Part shown: positions 1 to 9,772 of the stretch, piece after piece | Position numbering within the stretch: the stretch's first letter is position 1 | How the letters are laid out: the number at the start of each line of letters is the position of its first letter | Origin: an uncultured virus (IMG/VR IMGVR_UViG_2061766007_000234) | Lineage: Duplodnaviria; Heunggongvirae; Uroviricota; Caudoviricetes | Direction: 5' to 3' (one strand) | DNA: 54,482 nucleotides | Virus record (IMG/VR): IMGVR_UViG_2061766007_000234 | Position numbers and translations under genes: made by a program | The notes under the pieces: generated by a model | Database searches by the model: none | Told to the model about the DNA's origin: nothing | What the model saw: only the letters and a program-made list of their open reading frames with translations

Positions 1-2
1 AC

Positions 3-542
3 ACGGAAGAAGATTTCGTGCGCGACAACATCAGCTTTAACGGTGTGCCGGAAATCTTGCGCATCCTGTTCATGCTTGTTTCGGCTGACACCGGCTACCC
101 GATGACGTACCTTTTCGGCCAGTCTCCGGCGGGCATGGACTCAACCGGCGAGAGCGACATGAACATTTATTACGACATGGTGCGCTCATTGCAGGTCACA
201 AAATTGCAGCCGGTCATTCTTCGCCTTGTGCACATCATTTCAATCTGGAAAGGCATCGAGGAACCGTACATTGAATTCCGGCCGCTCGAAACGATGAACG
301 ACAAGGAACGTGCGGAACTTGAGAAAGCGAAAGCTGACAAGGAAAAGGTGGAGGCTGACACATACAAGGCATATATCGATGCGGGCGTGCTTGAACCTTA
401 CGAGGTGCGCTACTTGAAATACGGCACTACGCTTGAATCGATTCCAGTGCCGGAGGAAATGAAGATGCCGCCTGTTGAAGAAGCGCAGAATGAACCGCCG
501 GACGACGGCGACAGTTCGGACGATGATTCGGAGGACGGCTAG
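3..542 (+). CDS. Portal protein (DUF1073/anti-CBASS Acb1-like portal family), C-terminal part, truncated at window edge
   Basis: Motifs 'GYPMTYLFGQSPAGMDSTGESDMNIYYD' and 'IEFRPL' typical of DUF1073 portals; lies upstream of MuF/DUF2213/DUF2184-type head genes. Confidence 0.85.
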   Translation, partial: TEEDFVRDNISFNGVPEILRILFMLVSADTGYPMTYLFGQSPAGMDSTGESDMNIYYDMVRSLQVTKLQPVILRLVHIISIWKGIEEPYIEFRPLETMNDKERAELEKAKADKEKVEADTYKAYIDAGVLEPYEVRYLKYGTTLESIPVPEEMKMPPVEEAQNEPPDDGDSSDDDSEDG

Positions 543-619
543 GCAGACATAAAGACGGATATGACCCGAGCCAGCCGAGGGAAAAGAACGGCCGGTTCGG
601 GTGCAAGCCGGGCACAGGA

Positions 620-1141
620 TTGGAAATGGCAGGTGAGCAAGGAAAGGCAATCCAGAAACTTTTTCCAAATGAAACATGGACTTCTGAAAAAGCAGGGGAT
701 AATTCGTATGTTTATGTTGCATCGGCAAGAAAAGAAGATGGCGCGAAAGATAAGGAAGTCTATGAATCTGACAATATGATGGCGCATACATTAGCTAAAG
801 AAAGTGGTGCTGATATTTTCATGTTGCCAGAACGGGGAGATGGAAAACATCCAGACTGTTACTTTATTGACTCTACAATTGAAATGAAACATGTTCGTGG
901 TGGTCGTAATAAAGTAGGATCTAATGCAATCGATGCATTAGATCAATCTCAGAATGTCTTCCTTTTCATAGATAAAGATATTTCAATAGATTCTTGTCTT
1001 GCAAAAATAGCAGGCTCTGTAAAAACAAATAGAGATAGCGAAAAGAAAGATAAGAAATTTGTAGAGCCACCGAAAGATGCACGGCTTTATATTTTTACAC
1101 AAGGGAAACTTTATAAAAATGTATGGGGTGATGTGCTTTAA
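620..1141 (+). CDS. PD-(D/E)xK nuclease, CdiA-C/tRNase toxin-like; true 5' end uncertain (frame open from 527)
   Basis: 'KHPDCYFIDSTIEMKH' matches PD...ExK; AT-rich relative to the portal gene. Confidence 0.55.
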   Translation: MEMAGEQGKAIQKLFPNETWTSEKAGDNSYVYVASARKEDGAKDKEVYESDNMMAHTLAKESGADIFMLPERGDGKHPDCYFIDSTIEMKHVRGGRNKVGSNAIDALDQSQNVFLFIDKDISIDSCLAKIAGSVKTNRDSEKKDKKFVEPPKDARLYIFTQGKLYKNVWGDVL

Positions 1142-1255
1142 AAAAAATCCAGGGGTACTTTCGTACCCCTTTCGGTTACCCGGCAAGAGCGTAGCTCTCA
1201 CCTGGCAAGAACAATATTAGCATATTCTGACGAAATGTCAAGGGAGGAAAATAAC

Positions 1256-1516
1256 ATGGGTAAGTGGGATCCAACAAAAGGAACAGAATTTTATGACGGC
1301 GAGTATTACAACTCAAAGGACGACTTTCCGGATTTGGGAAGCTGGGAAGCAACATGCGAGCCGAACGCACGCAAGCGGAGCTATCAGGGCATGAGCACCG
1401 ACATAGCGAAGCTGCCGAAATATGACGACCTGCTTTCAGGTTCGAGCGCGATATGTCTTGATACGGGCGACGTATTGCTTTACCAGGCCGGTACAAAGAC
1501 CTGGCATCAGATTTAA
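1256..1516 (+). CDS. Small hypothetical phage protein
   Basis: GGAGG RBS before ATG 1256; closely followed by the ORF at 1528. Confidence 0.65.
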   Translation: MGKWDPTKGTEFYDGEYYNSKDDFPDLGSWEATCEPNARKRSYQGMSTDIAKLPKYDDLLSGSSAICLDTGDVLLYQAGTKTWHQI

Positions 1517-1527
1517 GGGGGCTTGGA

Positions 1528-4500
1528 ATGGATATTGAAACTTTAGCACTCGCAAAAAAATACACAGACGAATCTTTGCTCGGCGGAGGCGCGGTCGCCG
1601 GAAAGAATTGTATTATCGAAGATATAACCGACATTACTGGCGGTCAGCGAATTACTTTTAAGTATACGCTTGACGACGGCACTGTTAAGACCCGTACTAT
1701 GGACGTAATGAACGGTGTTGACGGCGAAAAGGGCGAAACTGGTGCAACTGGAAAAGGCATCAAGTCGGTCGCTGTAAACGCAAGCAATCACCTTATCGTT
1801 ACATATACGGACGACACAACAGCAGACGCAGGAGAAATTGACGTAACCGACGGCACAAAGGCGGATAAGGTTCAGCAAGCTACGGCAGGACACCTTGCAA
1901 GCCTCGATTCAAGCGGCAACCTTAATGACAGTGGCAAGACAGCTGCTGACTTCTTTGAAAACGCTTATGCAGATAAAATCTATAATTCTGTCTATGCAAG
2001 GCTCGGACGTTCTTTCAACAATCCGGAAGGATATTTGAGAAGCGGAAAGAAGCTTAACAAAATTGTTGTTCTCGGTAACTCGCTTACTGGTATTGAATAC
2101 ACATACACAAGGCAGAACGGAGAAGAATTCTCTGAACAGCGTGAACTAGGTTGCTGTAATTCAGAAAACCAGTGGATTTGTTCTGTTTACCGTTATCTCA
2201 AAGCTAACGTCAATCCAGACGTTAAGATTTATTCTGCACAGTGCGCAGACTGGGAAAGAGATACAGCCGGAAACAGACAGCTTTCAACAGTTTTAGGTAA
2301 GAACTGTTATGTTGCACAAGATACCGTAAAAGTACCTACAGGCGGCACTCTTGCAGATTATCTCACAGATGATACTGATATTGTTATNNNNNNNNNNGGA
2401 CAAGATGTCCGAAGGCAATGATTTATCAGTTCGGCGGCTTCATGCACAACGCTGTAAAAAGCCGTGTAATAAACAGCATTTGCTGTGATGCTAAAGGCTG
2501 GTTCAAATACTCGACAGATGAAGGTGCAGAAAGTGATTATTTCTCAATCTATCCTGTTCCGCAGTTGGTTTTCAGCCCGACATGGATGCGTATTGTTCAG
2601 CAGGTTGAAGATACTTTAAGCGGTCAAGATTACGACAGACTGCTTTGTGTTGCAGGTGATACGGTTTATGACGTTGACGGCAATGCATGGACAGAGATTC
2701 AATCGAACTGGACTTCACATCCGGGTGATTTAGGCTACCAGAATATCGCTGTAATGATGCTTTATGCCTTGTACAACGCTCAATGCAAAAATGATATTGT
2801 GAACTTTGTTGCAAGGTACAATTCAACTCCAGATAATCCGGTTCAATACGACCTTAATTTTTCTGTATCAAGCGACAAGATGAAGGAAACCAGCTTTAAG
2901 CCGGATGGTTATACTTCCATAAGTGATTATAACGATTTGCTTGATTATGCTATGNNNNNNNNNNCGTAGATTTGTATGAAAACATTTCAGTAGAAGATAC
3001 AACTTCCGGCAGGAATGAACTTCGTGACGATTACTTGCGTCTGTATACACAGATTCAGACAAGATGTCCTAAAGCCGCAATTTATCAGTTCGGCGGCTTT
3101 ATGCACAATTCTATAAAAAGTCGTGTGCTAAACAGCATTTGTTGTGATTCAAAAGGTTGGTTCAAATACTCGACAAGTCAAGGTGCGGAAAGTGATTATT
3201 TCTCAATCAATCCTGTTCCGCAGTTGGTTTTTAGTCCGACATGGCAGCGTATAGTTCAGCAGGCTGAAGATACTTTAAGCGGTCAAGATTACGACAGATT
3301 GCTTTGTGTTGCAGGTGATACGGTTTATGACGTTGACGGCAACGCATGGACGACTATTCAGAACAATTGGACTTCACACCCTGGCGATTTGGGCTATCAG
3401 AATATCGCCGTTATGATGCTTTATGCCTTGTACAATGCACAGTGCAAGAATGATATTGTCAACTTCGTTGCAAGGTATAATTCAACGCCTAACGCTCCGG
3501 TTCAGTATGACCTTAACTTTTCCGTATCTGCTAACAAGATGAAAGAAACGAGCTTTAAGCCGAATGGTTATACTTCCATAAGTGATTATAACGATTTGCT
3601 TGATTATGCTATGTTCCCTTGTGGAAAGTGGAGAGCGGCGGCTTTTGAGTTTGACTATAATTCTTCTTCCGCAACAGCAAAACAGGCAAGCTATGTTGTT
3701 TTGAACATACAGGAAATAACTTCCGGTAACAATCTTGAACAGTTTATATTCCTTAACAATGCCGGTGCAGGAATGACTTATTCAAGATGTAGCAAGGGTG
3801 CGCTTTTCAATACAGGCTCATTGAAGAAACTGATTGACGATATAACGTCTGACACCAGAACGACATATTCATCTGCAAAGATTGACGCATTGTTGGCGGG
3901 TGCGGGTATCGACGGAACAATCTTCCATGCAAAAACTTACACAAGAATCAATGATGCAACTGTTGATTTGAATGATTGCCTTGCATTTGACACTGTTTAT
4001 GCTTGGCTTCTGTCTAATCAGCCGCTTAACAGACCACCTAGATTCCCCTCCGGTGATACAGGGTTTGCTTTTAACATTATGAGTTCTCTCGGACCGGATT
4101 CACCGACATGGGTAACACAGTTTGCAATAGACAGCTATACAGGGCAGATTGCAGTCCGCGTAAGGTTNNNNNNNNNNCAACAGGCAAGCTATGTTATTTT
4201 GAATATACAGGAAATAACTTCTGGCAACAATCTTGAACAGTTCATTTTTCTGAACAATTCTTGCGCAGGAATGACTTATTCAAGATGCAGCAAGGGTACG
4301 CTTTTTAATACAGGCTCATTGAAAAAACTGATTGACGATATAACATCTGACACCAGAACGACATATTCATCTGCAAAGATTGACGCAATGTTTGCGGGTG
4401 CGGGTATGGACGGAACAATCTTCCATGCAAAGACTTACACAAGAATCAATGATGCAACTGTTGATTTGAATGATTGCCTTGCGTTTGATACTGTTTATGC

Positions 4501-4819
4501 TTGGCTTTTGTCTAATCAGCCGCTTAACAGACCGCCTAGATTCCCGTCCGCTGATACAGGGTTTGCTTTCAACATCATGAGTTCACTCGGACCGGATTCA
4601 CCGACATGGGTAACGCAGTTTGCAATAGACAGCTATACAGGGCAGATTGCAGTCCGCGTAAGGTTCAACAAAACAAGCGGTCAGACACCAACATTCACAG
4701 ACTGGTCTTATCTTAACGACCCTGCAATACCAGAGCTTCCGACAACGGACGGAACGTATGTCTTGAAGTTTACAAAATCCGGTAGCACAAAAACACTTGA
4801 ATGGGTTGCTGAATCTTAA
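1528..4819 (+). CDS. Large protein with a short collagen-like segment and an SGNH/GDSL hydrolase domain; split by N gaps and duplicated segments (about 738 aa when reconstructed)
   Basis: GxxGxxG 'GEKGETGATG', block I 'VVLGNSLT', block V 'WTSHPGDLGY'. Joining 1528-2387 + 2965-4167 + 4666-4819 gives 2217 nt in frame (junction reads DIVI-VDLYEN). Confidence 0.65.
2398..2954 (+). repeat. Diverged second copy of about 3060-3613, flanked by N gaps
   Basis: Near-identical translation (IYQFGGFMHN...LLDYAM) with many synonymous differences. Confidence 0.9.
4178..4665 (+). repeat. Diverged second copy of about 3680-4167, preceded by an N gap
   Basis: QASYV...QIAVRVR occurs twice. Confidence 0.9.
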
Positions 4820-4855
4820 CCAGGCGTACAAGACTGACGCAACAAGGAGGGGAAT

Positions 4856-5494
4856 GTGAAGCCGAACGAACTTTTCAACTATATCAGATACCTCCCGTGG
4901 GAGGAATACATTACTTCGGGCGACAACGTCCAGTGGGTCATCAAGATTGACGACGCGACGAAAATCATCCGCCTTGTCTTTGCCGAAACGCGCGACAAGG
5001 ACGATTGGAGGAATAACTTTGATTTTCCGGTCAAGCCGTACAAAAGGCAGCAGTCGTGCATGCTTGTCGCTCGCGGCTGGGGCAACGCCTGGAAGAGCTG
5101 CAATGATGAAGTTATGCGGGCTTTGATGATTGCAGCTGAAATCGCGCCGGATTATGAGATTCATATCTGCGGCTGGAGCTACGGCGGCGTGATGTCGCTT
5201 CTTGCTGCCGAGGATTTCTACTTCCGCACCGGCAGAAAGGCAAGCGTCTACACGTTCGGCTCGCCGAAGCCGTTCTGGGGCAGGCAGACGCGGAACTATG
5301 TGCGCTCTTGCGTGGCCGACCTAAGACAGTGGACGCACGTGAACGACATCTTTCCGCTTATGCCGCCGCTTCCGGGGTATACGCGCCTTGTTACTGATTC
5401 TGTGGGCGGAAAGCGCTGTGCTTTCAAGCTGCTTTTCCCGCGCATCTATCACTGCATCTACGGTGAGGTTTCGCTTTATAAGGAGTGCGCATGA
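4856..5494 (+). CDS. Lipase class 3 (alpha/beta hydrolase)
   Basis: Nucleophile elbow 'CGWSYGG', 'YTFGSPK', 'NDIFPLMP', C-terminal His. Confidence 0.8.
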   Translation: MKPNELFNYIRYLPWEEYITSGDNVQWVIKIDDATKIIRLVFAETRDKDDWRNNFDFPVKPYKRQQSCMLVARGWGNAWKSCNDEVMRALMIAAEIAPDYEIHICGWSYGGVMSLLAAEDFYFRTGRKASVYTFGSPKPFWGRQTRNYVRSCVADLRQWTHVNDIFPLMPPLPGYTRLVTDSVGGKRCAFKLLFPRIYHCIYGEVSLYKECA

Positions 5495-7182
5495 CATCAG
5501 ACCCGAAAGCAAGCCGCACGGCGCTTGTTGTGCTTCTGCGTGCAAAGCGCAGCGGCATGAGCGCCTCCGAAAAAGCAAAGCGCAAGAAGCCGGCAAAATG
5601 GCTTTATCCGTGGGCAACCGAGCACCGCTACGCGCAGTCATACCGCGCATGGGTTAAGCCTGTGCGCGAATTCGTGCATCAGTTTCTGGCAAAGCATCAG
5701 GAAGCGATTCTCAACGGCGACAGCAAGGATGCCGTGATAAGAACCGACGCGGTTGCAGGAGAGAGCTTCGCACTCATGGTACAGTCGCTCAACGGCTGGG
5801 TGACCGCGTATATCTCTGACGACGAGGACAAGAAGCTGCAGAGCCCTATCTATATGGGGCTAGGCGACATTGCCGACAGCGCGTTCGACTTCAACGGCAG
5901 GCAGTACGACAAATCGATGAAGTCTGCTATCGGCATCAGCTTTCCGGACGATGAATCGTGGTGGCCGGAAGCGCGGAAAATGTGGCAGGACTCAAACTAC
6001 GAGACAATCCGTAGCGACATCAAGAAATACATCGCAGACATAAACACAGCTACGGAACAGGCTGTGACGAACGGTTGGAGCGTCAAGGCACTGGCCGACA
6101 AGATTATTGCCCTGGATACGAAAATCACCAAGAGCCGCGCGAATTTCATCGCCCGAGACCAGATCGGCAAACTCAACGGCACTATCACGCAGAAACGTAT
6201 GCAGGATGCAGGGCTTTCGATGTACGTGTGGGATACGTCCGGCGACGAGCGTGTGCGCGAAAGCCACGCCGTTATGGAAGGGCTTTTGTGCCGGTGGGAC
6301 GATGCGACAGTATGCAGCTACGACGGCGGGCGGACATGGGTCCCGCGTCCAGCGGGTGCCGTGCTCATGCACCCCGGCATGGACTATCAGTGCCGATGCT
6401 GCGCCGACGCATACTTCAACGAGCTGCTTGACGAAGCGGACGGAGTGTCGATAAACGAAGGTTTTGTAGAAACGGCGGAAAATCCATCAACGATGATTAA
6501 ACCTAAGAAAGAGCCGAAAAAGCCTAAAGAGAAAGATGTTCAGAAGCCTGTTACACAGAATACTTTCACTTTAATGAGTGAAGCTGAATATCAATCAGCT
6601 GTTGAAAAATCTGCAAAATCTATAAGTGCTTATGATGTTGCTCAAATAGATGAACATGAGTTTGGAGGCAGACAAAGAGGCTATGTTAGAACAGCTAACA
6701 GCCGTGTAATAAACACAACACTAAGAGATAAAGGAGTTAAAGGCCTTGATGATGAGGATAGAAAGACTTATGACGCATTAAGAGGGGCTATAAGCAAAAA
6801 TAAACTTGAAAAAGACACCGTGCTTATCCGCAATTTAAAACCAAAATGGATTGAAGGTAACTTTGGAATTAAAGGCGATTATGGTCTTGACCGTTTTTAT
6901 GATATTTCAAGTAATTCAGAAGTAATAAAACAGATTGAAGCATTAAAAGGAAAGAGTTTTACAGAAAATCAATTTCTTTCATGCAGTACTGATGCCGATA
7001 AGAATTACATGAAAGGATATGGTGTTACTCTTGAATTGCGTGTTCCAAAAGACACAAACTGCTTTTTTCCTAACAATCCGAATGAAAGTGAAGTTATTCT
7101 TGACGTAGGGCATAAACTAAATATAATAAATGTAGAAGTAAAGTCCGAAAGGGTTTATATGATATGTGAGTTGGTTAAGTGA
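5491..7182 (+). CDS. MuF-like minor head protein fused to a C-terminal ADP-ribosyltransferase (R-S-E class) toxin domain
   Basis: MuF motifs 'RANFIARDQIGK', 'YVWDTSGDERVRESH', 'HPGMDYQCRC'; ART motifs 'LIRN', 'FLSCST', 'ESEVIL'; composition shift to AT-rich near 6480. Confidence 0.85.
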   Translation: MTSDPKASRTALVVLLRAKRSGMSASEKAKRKKPAKWLYPWATEHRYAQSYRAWVKPVREFVHQFLAKHQEAILNGDSKDAVIRTDAVAGESFALMVQSLNGWVTAYISDDEDKKLQSPIYMGLGDIADSAFDFNGRQYDKSMKSAIGISFPDDESWWPEARKMWQDSNYETIRSDIKKYIADINTATEQAVTNGWSVKALADKIIALDTKITKSRANFIARDQIGKLNGTITQKRMQDAGLSMYVWDTSGDERVRESHAVMEGLLCRWDDATVCSYDGGRTWVPRPAGAVLMHPGMDYQCRCCADAYFNELLDEADGVSINEGFVETAENPSTMIKPKKEPKKPKEKDVQKPVTQNTFTLMSEAEYQSAVEKSAKSISAYDVAQIDEHEFGGRQRGYVRTANSRVINTTLRDKGVKGLDDEDRKTYDALRGAISKNKLEKDTVLIRNLKPKWIEGNFGIKGDYGLDRFYDISSNSEVIKQIEALKGKSFTENQFLSCSTDADKNYMKGYGVTLELRVPKDTNCFFPNNPNESEVILDVGHKLNIINVEVKSERVYMICELVK

Positions 7183-7190
7183 GGATTTAT

Positions 7191-7508
7191 ATGAATATAA
7201 AAGAACTTGCCAAGTTGTTAAAAGAAAAGAATTACAATGAGTTTTGCAATTCTGTCTCAAAACTTTCACCTCGTATCTTTGGATTGAATTACTTTGATAA
7301 ATATGTAGAAAAAGAATACGGTACAGAATTTGCTCAAAATTTTCAGAAAGAACTATATGAAAATGTAAGTTTTGAACAGTTTAAAAAATGGCGACATGCT
7401 TTTTCTCTCGAAGCTGAAAACGATTATATTCAAAAAAATAACCTTGATGCATTAGGTTATTTTTACGAATTGTCGCCGGAAGAAAAGGAACAGGCGTGTT
7501 TGATTTAG
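7191..7508 (+). CDS. Putative immunity protein for the MuF-ART toxin
   Basis: Small AT-rich ORF directly after the toxin domain, GAGG RBS; function inferred from position only. Confidence 0.5.
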   Translation: MNIKELAKLLKEKNYNEFCNSVSKLSPRIFGLNYFDKYVEKEYGTEFAQNFQKELYENVSFEQFKKWRHAFSLEAENDYIQKNNLDALGYFYELSPEEKEQACLI

Positions 7509-7596
7509 TATCACAAAGAGTTCTTCGGCTGGTAAAAGCGGGCTTCATGCCCTGCGTTTTGAAATAAAACCTAGCCGCCGAAAGTGCTTTTTTATC

Positions 7597-7626
7597 GCCC
7601 TGCGGACGAATCTGCGGGGCTTTTTT
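7597..7626 (+). terminator. Intrinsic terminator
   Basis: GCCCTGCGGA-cgaa-TCTGCGGGGC stem followed by T6. Confidence 0.65.
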
Positions 7627-7800
7627 CTACCCTTTTGGGTAGTTTATCATGCCCATAGATTCCAAAAAACAGCGGAAATTTCCCGCTGTTTTCCCTTAAT
7701 TTCCCTTGTCAGAACAGCCGGTTTTTCTTCCGGCTTTATTTTTCATGCAAAAATTCTGCATGAAAAATGGCATAATCCGGGGCTTTTTCTCTGTTTTTCG

Positions 7801-8232
7801 GCATACGGTGTCGAACGCCGTATATATGCCGATATATAGAGACCCGACGGCATATATACGAGACCCGATACCATATATATGACATCGGACGCCATACCTA
7901 TGGTATCGAATACCATATATATACCATATACACGAGACCCGACGCCGTATATATGACGTTATTTTGCTAGAATTATTCTAATGATGTATGAAAAAGTATA
8001 CACTTTTCAGCGAAAAAGGGATAGTTACCCCTATGACATATATATGCCGTATATATGGTATCGAACACCGTCCTATAGGTGTCGGGTCTTATATATATGG
8101 TATCGGACGCCATATATATGTGACCCGATGTCGTATATATACCATATATATGGTGTCGAATAACTATAATACTAAATACTAGACTCTATAGAGATAACTC
8201 TAAATTCTAAATACTAAATACAAAATACTTAA
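7801..8232. repeat. Iteron-like array (about 10.5/21-bp period) followed by AT-rich 7-mer repeats; copy A
   Basis: Repeated CATATATA(T/C)G alternating with GAGACCCGA/TATCGAA/ATCGGA, then AATAACTATAATACTAAATACT and TAAAT(A/T)C repeats. Confidence 0.8.
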
Positions 8233-8267
8233 CGCCGAGCGTGTGTATATTTTTTTATACTTCGCAC

Positions 8268-8295
8268 TTGACACATTTAAATTTTGTGGTATTCT
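8268..8295 (+). promoter_or_regulatory. Sigma70-type promoter for the capsid operon
   Basis: TTGACA-16 bp-TATTCT with extended TG. Confidence 0.6.
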
Positions 8296-8502
8296 TAATC
8301 AAAGATTGTTTTTAAATATTCAATGTCGCTTTTTTTAGAAAAGCGTGAATTGCAACAAACAAACACAGAACCGTACCCATGCGGCACGGGCGACTTGCGG
8401 AACAACCGCACTGAAAAATCTGCCGGGATTTTTCGGACTGGCATCTGATGATGTCTTTCCGGAATGACGAGGCAGATTTTTTTTTGCCCGAAGGACAAAA
8501 AC

Positions 8503-9771
8503 ATGGGGTCACTCAAAACAGTTAAGAGATTCGACACGCTCGACGCAGGCAGCTGGATGACTACACCATTCCAGAGAACCGCAGAAGGTTTCCTCACTGG
8601 CCGCGCAATCGTGACCAGCATCGGCGTGTTCACCTACCAGTATGCGGACGGCACTACGCTCCGCGAGCTCAGACTTCCTGAAGAAGTATTTTCACCTGAC
8701 AGCCTTGAAACAATGAAGCTCAAGCCGGTGACGAACCAGCATCCTGACGGTATGGTCACGCCGGAAAATCAGAAGGAGCTTCAGGTCGGCAGCCTTGGCA
8801 GCGACGTTACGACTACTACCCAGCTTCGTGATTATGACGGCTGGACAGACGGCGAGAAGCTGACCGACGGAATTCATGTCGCAATCGACATGACCATAAA
8901 CCGCGCCGATGCGATTGAAGATGTCCTTAACGGTCGCCGCGCTCTCTCTATGGGCTACACCTGCGAGATTGAGGAATCGGCTGGCGTTTATATGGGCGTC
9001 GAGTATGACTGCATTCAGCGCAAAATCAGATACAACCACTGCGCCATTGTTGACGCAGCCCGCGCGGGTGATGCCGCGATGATACACCTTGACGGCGCGG
9101 ACGCAATCCTTAAGGATCCGCCTGTTCTGCACAAACCCGCTGCACAAAATCCAACAAACAAAGACCATAAGGAAAAGGAGAACATGTCTATGAAACAGAC
9201 TGTGAGAATTGACGGCGTTGATGTCGAAGTGCCAGAGAATGTCGCATCGCACATTGCCGCTCTCAACAAGAAAGCTGACGAGGCTGAAAAGAAACTCTCC
9301 GACCTCACCCAGCAGGTTGCGGACGGAAAGTCGGCTCTCTCTAAGATGGAAGCCGAGCGCGATACAGAGAAAGCACGCGCCGACAAGGCCGAGGCTGATC
9401 TTGAAAAAGCCCGCGCCGATGCTTCTGACGATGCACGCATTGATGCTGCCGTTACAGAACGTCTTGCCGTACTTGATGCCGCTGACAAGGCTGGCGTGAA
9501 GGTCACTCCGGAAATGAAGATGGACGACACCAAGCGTGCCGTTATCGCCGCCGTGTTCCCTTCGGTAAATCTTGACGGCAAGAACGGCGACTATCTCGCC
9601 GCTTGCTTTGACTCTGCCGTTGCAGAGCTTGAAAAGCGCGGTGACGCCGCACAGAGAGCGGTAGGCTCTGACGGCTTCAACGGAGGCAGCACCGACAACT
9701 ATGATGCGGCAGCCGCACGCCAGAGAATGATTGACTATAACCAGCGCCGTTCACGCGGCGAGGAGGCGTAA
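8503..9771 (+). CDS. DUF2213 prohead protease/scaffold
   Basis: 'TAEGFL', 'ELRLPEEVFSPDSL', 'LSMGYTC', 'QRKIRYNHCAIV...RAG'; coiled-coil C-terminal half. Confidence 0.85.
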   Translation: MGSLKTVKRFDTLDAGSWMTTPFQRTAEGFLTGRAIVTSIGVFTYQYADGTTLRELRLPEEVFSPDSLETMKLKPVTNQHPDGMVTPENQKELQVGSLGSDVTTTTQLRDYDGWTDGEKLTDGIHVAIDMTINRADAIEDVLNGRRALSMGYTCEIEESAGVYMGVEYDCIQRKIRYNHCAIVDAARAGDAAMIHLDGADAILKDPPVLHKPAAQNPTNKDHKEKENMSMKQTVRIDGVDVEVPENVASHIAALNKKADEAEKKLSDLTQQVADGKSALSKMEAERDTEKARADKAEADLEKARADASDDARIDAAVTERLAVLDAADKAGVKVTPEMKMDDTKRAVIAAVFPSVNLDGKNGDYLAACFDSAVAELEKRGDAAQRAVGSDGFNGGSTDNYDAAAARQRMIDYNQRRSRGEEA

Positions 9772-9772
9772 G

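Noticed and set aside
2398..4665. Second DGR target or TR/VR pair
   Set aside because: Mismatches are not adenine-specific, there is no similarity to TR, and the copies border N gaps
7801..8160. CRISPR array or coding ORFs (7981-8163, 7988-8182)
   Set aside because: Units are degenerate and contiguous with no unique spacers and no cas genes; the ORFs are low-complexity by-products of the repeats
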